Below are positions 43,891 to 53,877 of a DNA stretch of 64,000 nt, piece by piece; position 1 is the stretch's first letter; each line of letters opens with the position of its first letter. The stretch spans positions 248,001 to 312,000 of the forward strand of contig AP039698.1 in assembly GCA_051599415.1 (NCBI GenBank), given 5' to 3'. Both the position numbers and the translations under genes were made by a program. The stretch is from Savitreella phatthalungensis. Taxonomy: Eukaryota. The notes under the pieces were generated by a model. It saw only the letters and a program-made list of their open reading frames with translations, ran no database searches and had not been told where the DNA came from.

Positions 43891-44742
43891 TCAAAGATAC
43901 GCGCTACTGTCAGCGGCGTAGCCGCGACGCTGCTCGCTCGTAGCAGCAGCACCGGAATGCCGCGTGAATTCTGTCAGGGTGTTGCGGTATGTCTGCTGTG
44001 GGTCAACATCGACGCCGAGCAGCTTTTTGACAATCTTGGATGCGGTCTCGAGGGTTGTTTGGTCGAGTGTCATGGTAGCAGAGCCGGCCGACGAGAAGGT
44101 GCTGGAATAGCAGCCATGCAAGCATGCCCATCTCGCCATCACCTCAGCCTGACCAAGAACCGCGCCGGCGAGGTCGGTGATCATTGTTCCAGAAGCGACC
44201 GTTGTCGGCTCATCGTGCTGAGCAGCTGATGTACTGAGCACACCAGTCGAATCAGACTGGTGCGCTGCAGTCATTGGAAAGACGCTTAAGATGTGGACCT
44301 GTGAATCCACTCTACAGCGGGCTAGCACTCCAGCTGCAAGACTACTACAATGCGAGGCGGATAGTCCGGGGGCCGTAGCAACTATAGTGACGGGTTTCTC
44401 CGCTTCTGAGTGGGCCCCAAGATTCTCGAACATTGCTTTCAGAGCATTATTTTCTGCCCGGGCTTCTCCAAGCCGAACTGCAGTATCTTTCAGTCGAAGT
44501 CGGCTCAACGGTCCAGTGAGAATAACGATGAGTTGAGCATCCAATTGCTCGAGACTTGAATCGAATTTGATAGTTGCCGGCTTGTGCGCTTGTCTTGTGC
44601 TTTCTGACTCATCCTCGACTGCGTCCTCGCGCTGTTCGAAATCTGTGGATCTGAGTGGTAGCTTGTGTTGGTCTTGATCTCTCCTCTGCTGCTCTTCCGG
44701 ATGCAGAAGATGCCGATCGTTCGGCGTGCTGTCAGAACGCAT
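43891..44742 (-). CDS. Probable 20S proteasome assembly chaperone Pba1/Poc1/PAC1-like
   Basis: 283 aa. N-terminal PNDRHLL resembles my recollection of the Pba1 PxxxHLL motif, ITDLAGAVLGQAE resembles a PAC1/PAC2 helix, and the C-terminal A-Y-L is an HbYX-like motif. Confidence 0.6.
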   Translation of the reverse strand: MRSDSTPNDRHLLHPEEQQRRDQDQHKLPLRSTDFEQREDAVEDESESTRQAHKPATIKFDSSLEQLDAQLIVILTGPLSRLRLKDTAVRLGEARAENNALKAMFENLGAHSEAEKPVTIVATAPGLSASHCSSLAAGVLARCRVDSQVHILSVFPMTAAHQSDSTGVLSTSAAQHDEPTTVASGTMITDLAGAVLGQAEVMARWACLHGCYSSTFSSAGSATMTLDQTTLETASKIVKKLLGVDVDPQQTYRNTLTEFTRHSGAAATSEQRRGYAADSSAYL

Positions 44743-45069
44743 GATTCTATGCAGCTCGCATCAATCCCATCTGCCGTATCGAGCCAGAAGATCACAGCTT
44801 AGGTGCTATCAAGCGTTGTACAACGCGTGTGTTACGTATGTGGGCCTCAGTGCTGCATCTCATTTTCGGTGTTTCCGGGGGCAATTTCCGGTTCGAGTAC
44901 GTGTGTGTCCGCCTGGACTGTAAATTTGTATATGGATAAATCTAATGTAAGGATAAATCCTGGAAGATCTATAAATTCATCATGCAAAGTCAATTTTGTA
45001 CTGCATTCAGAATCATCATCTGCAGCTATAGTCATGGATGCAGTCAATTGCATAGATTATCTATCCTTC

Positions 45070-45340
45070 ACTCTGGATCACTCACTCACTCACTCACTCT
45101 TTCACGCCATTCTGAATCAACTTCATGCAGCATTCAATTCAAATTAATCATTCATTCGAATCATTCATTCAATCATTCAATCATTCAGTCTGCTGGTGCA
45201 TACTATTAATGTTGCTCCCAAACAGCCCAATGCAGGCAGCCACTCACTGACTCTGCATACACACAGGCAGTGAATGCACCACTCACACTCATACACACAC
45301 TTACACACACACATACACACACGCGCGCGCGCATATACAC
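45070..45340. repeat. Compound microsatellite (TCAC)n/(TCAT)n/(CA)n upstream of the SWI1-like gene
   Basis: ctcactcactcactcact, tcattcattc and acacacacac runs read directly. Confidence 0.85.
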
Positions 45341-45613
45341 GTTGAGCTTCAACCAACACCTTCCTTTTCACACAACCAAGTCGCTTGAGCTAGGGCGAAG
45401 GAGCAAGGGATTACATCCGGGTATTATCTAGCGTGCTTGCGCTTTGCATTCGTGATCTCATCCGGTCGATCGGCATCAATTAAACCTTCACAAAGGCGAC
45501 AGCATCGCATTCTTCAGTCGGTCTCATCACGATTTTACAGCAGACACAGCGTAGCGGAGGCTTAGGGGATATGCGCGACGCCGATTGAGACCGTTGCAGG
45601 TCGCGTTTGCCAA

Positions 45614-48046
45614 ATGTCAGGTGCACCACATCTGGCGTCGACCCCTTCACCGGGTATGACGTCTGTCAATGGTCAGGTGCCGCAACAAACGCAGCATCCA
45701 CAACAACAACAGCAGCAACAGCAGCAGCAGCTTAACGGAGTCCAACGCAAGCAGGCAGAGCACTTCCTGAGAGCGCTCACAGAGTTTCTCAAAACACGCG
45801 GAATCGCACTGCCTCAGCCTGTAAGACTACATGACAAATCTGTCGATCTCGTCGTTCTCTATGCGCATGTTATGAAAGCTGGCGGGAGTGACGCGATTGA
45901 GAAACGACAACTTTGGCCGCAAATGGCTTCGGCCATCTTCCTAGGAGGCATGGCTCAAGAGGTACGCGATATTTACATGCGGTATATCAAGCCGTACGAG
46001 GACGCCGTTTATGAAAGTCGACGCAAGCGTATGCTGCAGCAGCAGCAAGCACAATTGCTCCAGCAGCAGCAACAGAAGTCGCAGTCGTCTGAAGGCTCTG
46101 ACAGTTCGCCGGCACTCCAGACAAATGGCCTGAGCCAAGCTCTCCAGGGCTCTGTCCCTCACGTTCCAGCCGTCAAAGACACTTCGACGAGTCAGAACGG
46201 CAGTGAACGGCAGCATTTGCCGCCAACTGTGGTCCCAGGGCAGACACCAAGCCCAGCAATTCTCGGCGCATCGCGTCACACCTCAGTGGCTCCGCAAGAC
46301 GCAAATGTCGACTCGGCTGCCAACGTGGCAAGCAAGGTGCCGGCGCCGGCGGATGTCAGTGCACAGCCTGAAAGTGCCCCGCAAGATCCAGCCACATCAA
46401 ACGGTCCGCCTAGCACAGCTGGCAGCGGCACTGCTGCTACGGCTGGCGCCACGTCACGACCAGCAACACCTATGCACAGCAAGAAGAGCGCCTCGCCAGC
46501 CGTGGCTGTCACTGATCCAGGCTTGAAGACTGATGCATCACCACAGACGCATGCACCACTTCATGGTCCATCAGAGCTCATCGCTGCTGCCGAGGCTCTC
46601 GTAAAAGACGAACTAGATCGTTTCGAGGAAGAGCCGAAGACAGGTCCTCGACTATACATGCCGATGAAGCGGAAAATCGATACCGTTGGAGGACTCGATA
46701 TTGACGCAGTTGCAAGGGTCGGTCACAGCATCGATCAAGCAAAACCTTGCCCGACGTTCCAGGAACTCGGCTGCATTGATGTGCAGGCGTTGACTCGGTC
46801 ACTTCAATCCGGCTTGCCTGCCGAGATTGCGAATGCGCTTGACATTCTCACCACAATTGCAAACGACCGTCGGTGGTCACTGCCTTTGCCTTACTGTCAG
46901 GATCTCACAGAAGCGCTGGCAGAGTGTCTCCTTGAGAGCGCAGCCTCAGTGCTTGAAGGCGTCTCAGCGACGGACAAGCCCATCGTGTACTCATATCGAC
47001 AACTTCTCAAGAGGGCCAAAGCCTGGGCCGTCGCTAATCGATGTCATCAGTCGCTCGATGCCACATTAGAACAGCGTGCAGCTGTCGAACGCATTATGGC
47101 TGTCCTGACGATCCTAAGAAACTTGTCTTTCAGCGACATCAATCAGACGGTGGTCGCAACATCATACGGTTTCAATGCTGCCCTTGTCGCTGCAGTTCGC
47201 ATCATTGCACCTGCAACGGCAGCGCTCGTTGACCCGAAGACAATGCTTGATCTGGCAAAGGATGTCGTCACTGTTCTCGCGCTCGTCGGGATGCACTTCC
47301 AGATTGCAGATGCGGCCGACGCCGATATCGTCTATACTTTCCTGCTCAGCTTCCGCCTCGAGTCGCATGATGATCCTTGCCGCTTCATGGTCAGTTCCAC
47401 CCAGGTGTACGATGACGTTTACGCGCTCGCAGCCCTGGATGCACTGGCTAAGATAGCAATGCGAAACGACCCTAATCGCAGCCTGCTAGCAGACATCGCA
47501 GCACGCAATCCGAGCGTCATCGATCGGATGTTGACGTTCTCACTCACATACTTGCCAATATCGGCCGGCCGCGAGACATTGCAGATCATTGGCGAAAGAC
47601 TTCCTTCCTGCGAGCACGCACTGCTGGTCGCCGAGACAGCCGTCGAACTCATGTCGACGACCGCCTCAGTCGGCGTTGGGGAGCAGCCGCAAGCCATTGC
47701 ATGGCTACTGGGTCGAGATCTGATCTACACACTGCGGAAGCTGCTCTGTCTGCTTTCAATGCAAAGCGACCAGAATCTGGCAGTCGTAGTTCGACGACTG
47801 AACAACATCCTGCTGATCCTGGCGCAGAAAGTGCGTCGGTCGACCAGCGAAAACGGTGCCGATCTTGCAGCTCTCGAGCCGCATTCAGGCGAACTACTGC
47901 CGACGAAGCCACGTCACCTTCACGCAAAGGAGCTCCTAGGCTACACGTTGCAAAACTTACCGAATACTGTCATCGACACATTGGAAGCACTTCATGGCTT
48001 GTCGCCCGCAGCGCAAGAGACGGCGTCATCGTACGCGTCCCGCTAG
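45614..48046 (+). CDS. SWI1: ARID-domain SWI/SNF subunit (Swi1/Sol1-like)
   Basis: polyQ N-terminus; ARID (VDLVVLYAHVMKAGG...WPQMA...IYMRYIKPYE); ELGCIDVQALTRSLQSGLPAEIANALDIL; ILRNLSFSDINQ. Confidence 0.85.
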   Translation: MSGAPHLASTPSPGMTSVNGQVPQQTQHPQQQQQQQQQQLNGVQRKQAEHFLRALTEFLKTRGIALPQPVRLHDKSVDLVVLYAHVMKAGGSDAIEKRQLWPQMASAIFLGGMAQEVRDIYMRYIKPYEDAVYESRRKRMLQQQQAQLLQQQQQKSQSSEGSDSSPALQTNGLSQALQGSVPHVPAVKDTSTSQNGSERQHLPPTVVPGQTPSPAILGASRHTSVAPQDANVDSAANVASKVPAPADVSAQPESAPQDPATSNGPPSTAGSGTAATAGATSRPATPMHSKKSASPAVAVTDPGLKTDASPQTHAPLHGPSELIAAAEALVKDELDRFEEEPKTGPRLYMPMKRKIDTVGGLDIDAVARVGHSIDQAKPCPTFQELGCIDVQALTRSLQSGLPAEIANALDILTTIANDRRWSLPLPYCQDLTEALAECLLESAASVLEGVSATDKPIVYSYRQLLKRAKAWAVANRCHQSLDATLEQRAAVERIMAVLTILRNLSFSDINQTVVATSYGFNAALVAAVRIIAPATAALVDPKTMLDLAKDVVTVLALVGMHFQIADAADADIVYTFLLSFRLESHDDPCRFMVSSTQVYDDVYALAALDALAKIAMRNDPNRSLLADIAARNPSVIDRMLTFSLTYLPISAGRETLQIIGERLPSCEHALLVAETAVELMSTTASVGVGEQPQAIAWLLGRDLIYTLRKLLCLLSMQSDQNLAVVVRRLNNILLILAQKVRRSTSENGADLAALEPHSGELLPTKPRHLHAKELLGYTLQNLPNTVIDTLEALHGLSPAAQETASSYASR

Positions 48047-48226
48047 CGGAATCGTCAAAATTGCCGTCGTGCGAGCTGCACATCAGGATCTTGCCAAGAC
48101 ATCCCATATCCCAATCAATTGTAATGTATCTTCTTCCTACTTACAGCTGGCCCATCAAGACCTCTCGCATCTAGCCCGGGAACATCCGCCCGTGCGTGCA
48201 CCGTCCCGGGCTCCAAAAGGCATTTA

Positions 48227-48766
48227 CTAGAATCCCTGATCCTCCAGAATCTTCATGACGCGGCGCTTCGTGTACCCGTGAACGACGACGTGTCTGGTGA
48301 TCGGCTGGACCCTGACTGGTGGGATTGCCGACGACTTCCTGCCCTTGCCTCCTACTCTGGGTTCGCCGCAGTTTGCCAACTTGACCTCCAAGTCACGCGC
48401 AAACGCCTCAACATCCCCATCACACCGTCTCACCACAATCTCCACCCGCTTCGTCTCCCCGCGGCCAGTGTACTTCGGGTATACCGGGAGGAAATCGTTC
48501 TGGGTCCTCCGGACGTGGTACGGTAGGTCGGACGTTTTGTACTCGATCGCCTTTCTCGCGCGGGATAGCGTAGACGATCCGATTGACTGGCCTAGATCGC
48601 CCAACGGTCGAAGACCGCCGCCGACGAGATCGCTCGTCGTCGTCTGCGTAGACACGGTAGCGCTACCGGGAGGGGTCGGGCTGCCGGCACTCCCGATCGG
48701 TACACCAGCAGACGAGTACAGGCGAATTGAGCGTGCCGAGACGCGTGAAAAGATCGTGCGGAGCAT
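48227..48766 (-). CDS. IMG2: Mitochondrial ribosomal protein mL49 (Img2-like)
   Basis: Presequence-like MLRTIFSRVSARSIRLYSS; LPYHVRRTQNDFLPVY, RRCDGD, C-terminal LEDQGF. Confidence 0.85.
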   Translation of the reverse strand: MLRTIFSRVSARSIRLYSSAGVPIGSAGSPTPPGSATVSTQTTTSDLVGGGLRPLGDLGQSIGSSTLSRARKAIEYKTSDLPYHVRRTQNDFLPVYPKYTGRGETKRVEIVVRRCDGDVEAFARDLEVKLANCGEPRVGGKGRKSSAIPPVRVQPITRHVVVHGYTKRRVMKILEDQGF

Positions 48767-48867
48767 GAGGTCTTCTTGGATAGGGTAGGAATGAGAAAAA
48801 CAGCCAAGCTTGAATCCTTGCAAGGTCGTCTGACAGCTGTGTCTTGTTGATGTCTTCCAGCTCGAGG

Positions 48868-48877
48868 AAATTTTTCA
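48868..48877 (-). promoter_or_regulatory. RRPE-like element (TGAAAAATTT) upstream of mL49
   Basis: Plus strand aaatttttca, about 100 nt upstream of the ATG. Confidence 0.4.
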
Positions 48878-49013
48878 GTCTTTGATGCATATTACTGCAA
48901 TGATCATTGCAGATCCGCAGCGCTGTGACGAGATGAGAGTTTGGACAAATTTTGAGATTTTGTCACTCTGGACTATGGTAATTGTATATACACACCGTTG
49001 GAGGTCTAGATGT

Positions 49014-51564
49014 CTAGGAGCCGAGACCGTATTTTGTCGTCTTGATGGTGGCGAAGAGGGGGACGCTGATGCCTTGATTGCCTTGTGCGCCGAGACCTTG
49101 ACCGGTGGTCCAGCCTAGCTTTTCTAGCATTGCTCTGCCGCGGTTTGCCTGGTTGATTTCTGCAGCGTCGGCGCCGACGACGTCACCGTCTCTGAGGCGC
49201 TGGCCGCCGCCAGTCTTCCTGTGCAGCTTGCCATTGTCACCGCCGCCACCGCTGACGGCACGCAGAGCTTTGCCGAACGTGCCGGACTTCGCGTTCACAC
49301 CCATCGACCGTTTGGCAGCGAGCACAACGCGCTCCCGCTGTGCAACAGGAGGTAGATTCTGGCTGCGCTTGGTCTTGTACAGGACTGGGTATCTTCGCTT
49401 GCCTGAGCCTTGAGACTTCGTCTTGAGTCCGAACGCGTTGGCGATGATGTGCACTGCCTTGCGAAGGCGCTTGTCCATCGATGGCAAGGGAAGCTGCTCG
49501 ATCGAGGCGTAGTCTGCCGACTCGATGAAGCTGCAAATTTTACTTGTCACGATGTCAACGTCGTGCCCACCACTCTCGATCTCGAAGTCTTGTGCATGAC
49601 GTGCCTTGGCACGCTTCGCCTTCTTGCCAAGCAGTCCCTGCGCTCGAAGTTTCTCTCGCTCTCGCTTCCGTGCTGCCTTGCTAGACTTGTCCTTCAGCCA
49701 CTGAGCCTTGAGCGCATCTCTCAGATCATCATCCGACAATTCCAGTTCGTCATCGTCAACATCATCATCGTCGTCATCATCATCATCATCGTCATCGTCG
49801 TCGGAGCTCTCGCTGTCCGAATCGGACACGCCATCTGTGTGATACTCATACACGTTGAAATCGTCATGGAACAGAGCGCCGTCGACGAGCTCTTGGCCGG
49901 CGCTGGCGCCGACATGACGGCGATGACGTTGGCGAGTAGAGAAATCTGACGGGTCGAAGGACATATCGTCCATCTGCTGCTCGATCATGAGTTCGAGTTG
50001 GTCGTCTAGATCGTCATCGTCACCATACTCTTGCATGAAGTCTTCGTCAATCTCGTCATCGAAGCTATCGTTGCCGCTCTGCAACCGGCGCTGGGATGGT
50101 TGGTGGCGGCCGACCATGGTCATCAGCTCATCGTCACTCGCCATCTCGAGCTGTCTGCGCGCAGAGGGCCCTAGGCCTGCTAAGAGAACCTCGAACATGT
50201 TGTCACGTCCCATCCAGGAGACTTCTTCATCAGCACTCGTCTCTCCAGCAGGCGTGTCTGCTGGAGTCTCGGATGGAGCTCGATGTTCACGTGTGTTTTC
50301 CACGTAGTCGAGCATCACGGCCATCTCGTGATCGCGCTCTTCCTGACGGCGTCGCTGTGCCGCTTTAGCACGTTGTGCACGGGATTGCTTTCCCGCACGT
50401 TTGCGGACAGTCCTTGGCCCATCAAAGTCACCACTGCCGTCGCCGTTATCCACGAAAGGGTAGACAGGATCGTCGATCGTGCGTGCATAAGGAGTGGCAT
50501 TCGTCGGTCTCGATGCATGTGCAGAGGACGAAGCTATGGCGGCATTATCCGATGCTCCTAGAATCGAGCGGTGGTGGCTCTCGCCTGTCGAGATGATATC
50601 CGTTGCCTCAGTGTCAATGACGAAAAGCTCCGTGCTGTCTTGTGCCGGTGCGTTGTCGGTCGTGAGAGCATGAGTGTCTTCATCATTGGCTGATTCTGCT
50701 TCGGCTTCTTCCTCAAAACCTTCGGCATCGTCATCCGAGCTGTCAACGAGCCCGTCAATCAGTCGATTGAGGTCGACCTTCGATATCTCGGCGGATGTGT
50801 TTATCGTATCATCAACATCATCATACTCCTGAGATTCTTCAGGCGCAGGAGGGATCGCTGATAAATCTATCTCTTCTGCGTCTGCAGCATCCGGCGGCGC
50901 ATATGTATAGGGTACAGTCTGCTGCCGCTCCATTTCAGCAGCATCCGTGACTCTATTGTCGTCTTCTTCCTCATCCTCGTCTGTCAAGATGATGGACCGC
51001 TGGGAAGACTCGTCGTTGATCGACAGACTCGCCAGCCCTGCAGCTGCAACTGGCAGCTGCTGGAGGACGACTTCCCCACCTTCGATTGCTTCCGTCTGAG
51101 GGTCTTGCTCTTCAATTGCCGCACGTTCCAGCCTTCGTATCCGCTCGCGCTCAACTTGCTCACGGATCTGTTCTCCGGGATCGAACTTCTCCTGCGCGAC
51201 AATAAACTCAACTGGCGCGTGACGTAGTTTGTGCGCATCAGCAGCCAGGATGCGTGATGAAGAATACATTGTTGACCGAAGCGCCTCATCTCTGAGCGAG
51301 AAAATGGTCGACTTCTTATGCAGATCGTGGCGAGATGTTGTGCCACTTGAAGGAGCTGTGTTACCGTTAGTCCCAGCTTGTTAGAAGTGAGAGGCTCAAG
51401 GGCTTACTAGACAACTGAGAGGCTCTGCCATTGCTTGCTTTCGGCTTGCGACCACTGCCTGGCTTGCCGAGATGGCGAGGCGATTGCTGAGCATTGCGAC
51501 TTTGTCCTCCAGCTGTCACTGACTTTTTCGGAGCATGCCTATCCTTTTTCCGCTTGCCTGGCAT
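49014..51564 (-). CDS. SQS1: R3H + G-patch protein (Prp43 cofactor), one intron
   Basis: Exon 51408-51564, intron 51356-51407 (GTAAGC...CTAAC...CAG), in frame with FSLRDEA. Acidic middle; R3H MDKRLRKAVHIIA...KSQGSGKRR; G-patch NRGRAMLEKLGWTTGQGLG. Confidence 0.9.
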
Positions 51565-51964
51565 GGTCGTCGCGAAGCTTTTCTAGTAGATCCCTGAGAG
51601 CCCGACCGATTTTCTATCGAAGTACAACACGACCCCTAACACGAGTGAGTAGGCGATAAGAGTGGGCTTGTTAGCGCGTAGATGTGTGTATGTACGTACG
51701 TATTTGTGTATCCTGACGTAGCCAACCGTGCATGTGCACGTACATACGTGCGTATGTTAATGTACGAAATCGGAGTAATCTATTTTTGGAAGATGTCCAA
51801 TGACAGTGTATCACTAAGCTAGGTGCAGCATGGATATGTGGATGCCTCGGACTTCTCGACTCAAAGTCAGTCGGCACTCGCTCCTTGTATTGGTAGACTT
51901 GTCCGCGAGTTATATGGTACAAGCATCCTGTTGATCATATCTAAACCCTAAACTATACTATACT

Positions 51965-53449
51965 TCAAGCTCTTACCGCGGCGGGTCCACTCTCGACGTA
52001 GTCTTGCCTTGCGACGTAGTGGCGAGCGGATGGTGCCGCATGGGTGTCACCGAAAGCGACGCGAGCGATGATTTGACCTCCGAGGAAAGCTGCTTCTTCG
52101 AAGACGCCGTGCTGCTCGGCTGAGCTACTACCGGCCTTGGAGTCGGCAGTTGCGCCTGTAGTGGCATTGCTAGCTGGGGCACCAGATGCGGTTCTCCCGT
52201 GCTGCCATTCGCCGAAGTGCAATGGGATCTTGATAGGCCGGATGACTGCTGGGTATGGGCTGATGCCGACGAATGGGGATAATGGATCGACTGGCTGTGT
52301 GACACCTGAAGCGAATCGCAGTTGAAGTGTCGCTACCACGGCTTCCCGGAATCCCTTGATTTTCGCACCACCACCGACAATCACCACATTCTCCCACAGC
52401 TCACGACGCTTTACGAGGTCGATGCCGCCCGAGGTGATCGTGTCATAGATCGCGTCAGCCAGAGCTCCACCAATGAACTCCGTGCCGATCGTTAAGCGTT
52501 CCGGGCCGACCATGATTGTCGTGCCATTCTCATCCACAAAAGAGTTCCGCTCAAGCTGCGCGTTGGGAACCTCTTGTTTCTGCTTGGCTGCACCGGCAGC
52601 TTTCTCTGTCGCCAGCTGCTCCAGATACTCCTTCGTATTACCTTTGGAAATAACTGCTGCGATGTCGAGCACGCCTTCGTCATTACCATCGAGCGGGGTG
52701 TCGCTGCCTGTCTGGAAATCGAGTGCTGCAATCCTATTGACGCCTTTTGTGCTGGAACTGTCGATTGGGATCTCACAGATATCGGAACGCTTGATTTGCT
52801 CTGCCAGCTCGAACGAGCACTCGACCGGCTGACCGTGTGCAGAAACAGGTGGCCGCTCAGCCCAGCGCTTGAGCAACTCTTCCGTGAATTGTCTGCCACC
52901 CACAGGCAAGGTCACATGTGCTTGTGGGAGAGTTTCCAGAATGGCAACAATATCTGTCTTGTCCTGACCGACATCGATGACGATGCCGGAGAGTGCGTTG
53001 CACGCGTACAGCGCTGCGAGTGTCGTCTGTGCCGTCATGAACGCTGTGACTTTGAATAGCTCGAAGAAGATCCGCGCAGACTTTTCCCGCAGCTCGTCTG
53101 ACCACTGTGCAGGCACAAGAAGCAGTATCGCCGCCGAGCTCATGCCTTCCCCGGGCTCTTCACCAGTCAGCTCATACAGAATATGACTCCAGAGCGCTGT
53201 GAGAGCGGTCCAATCAACGACTTCGCCAGCGACGATCGGTTCAACGAATGTTAGCTCCCCGACATCATCTGCTTTTGCCGCCTCGATATCACGCTTGCCG
53301 CAGATATACGTGTTGTCGGCAGCTCTGAAGGCGACGCGAGACTCTATCCGCAATGTAGCTGGCCCGAGCGGCTCTGACAGACCTTTGACAGCCTTATGTG
53401 AATGTGAGCCTACCTCAATGACAACTGCCTGCTCGTCTCTTAGCGGCAT
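51965..53449 (-). CDS. ARP9: Actin-related protein, Arp9-like (SWI/SNF/RSC)
   Basis: MPLRDEQAVVIEVGS, ALYACNALSGIVIDVG, EGVLDIAAVISKGNTKEYL, RRELWENVVIVGGG, FLGGQIIARV. Start placed at ATG 53449. The last few codons could be spliced (GTAAGA at 51976). Confidence 0.85.
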   Translation of the reverse strand: MPLRDEQAVVIEVGSHSHKAVKGLSEPLGPATLRIESRVAFRAADNTYICGKRDIEAAKADDVGELTFVEPIVAGEVVDWTALTALWSHILYELTGEEPGEGMSSAAILLLVPAQWSDELREKSARIFFELFKVTAFMTAQTTLAALYACNALSGIVIDVGQDKTDIVAILETLPQAHVTLPVGGRQFTEELLKRWAERPPVSAHGQPVECSFELAEQIKRSDICEIPIDSSSTKGVNRIAALDFQTGSDTPLDGNDEGVLDIAAVISKGNTKEYLEQLATEKAAGAAKQKQEVPNAQLERNSFVDENGTTIMVGPERLTIGTEFIGGALADAIYDTITSGGIDLVKRRELWENVVIVGGGAKIKGFREAVVATLQLRFASGVTQPVDPLSPFVGISPYPAVIRPIKIPLHFGEWQHGRTASGAPASNATTGATADSKAGSSSAEQHGVFEEAAFLGGQIIARVAFGDTHAAPSARHYVARQDYVESGPAAVRA

Positions 53450-53561
53450 AATTGCGAGTAGTCCCTGCAAGCGACTTCCTGCTGTAGCAAAGGGTTTGTT
53501 ACTGCTTCTTGGAAGGGTTAAAAGCGCGTATAACGCGTCCCTTTGTCCTTGTCCTTGAAGA

Positions 53562-53578
53562 TGTGTGTGTGTGTGTGT
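53562..53578. repeat. (TG)n microsatellite
   Basis: tgtgtgtgtgtgtgtgt in the ARP9/TRM10 divergent promoter. Confidence 0.9.
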
Positions 53579-53877
53579 ACGTGCGTAGGTGTTTTGAGTT
53601 GTAAAGCGTGCATGGATGCATTGTCGAGCTATTAATTTACTGTGGTGCATGTGAAGTACACAGGTAACACGCTCGGATGCAGGAAAGTCATCATCGAGGC
53701 TAAAGACATCACAGGCACCCGGTAACACTCTCGCTATCTCGCCCACATTCTCTGTCCTCGGACACCTCCTTGTTCCGTCGATCACACTTGAGACACGCCA
53801 CTCAGGCACACACGGAAGCAGCTTGGGCTCGAGTGATTCCTGCAGGCTGTACAGCAGCCGCAGCAGGTTGGACGGCG

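Noticed and set aside
44890..44900. GGTTCGAGTAC B-box-like motif suggesting a tRNA
   Set aside because: No cloverleaf, acceptor stem or A box around it.
45614..53449. Co-location of SWI1 and ARP9 (and of FKS1 and BCK1) as functional clusters
   Set aside because: They are separated by unrelated genes and chance proximity is likely in a compact genome. Synteny data would be needed.
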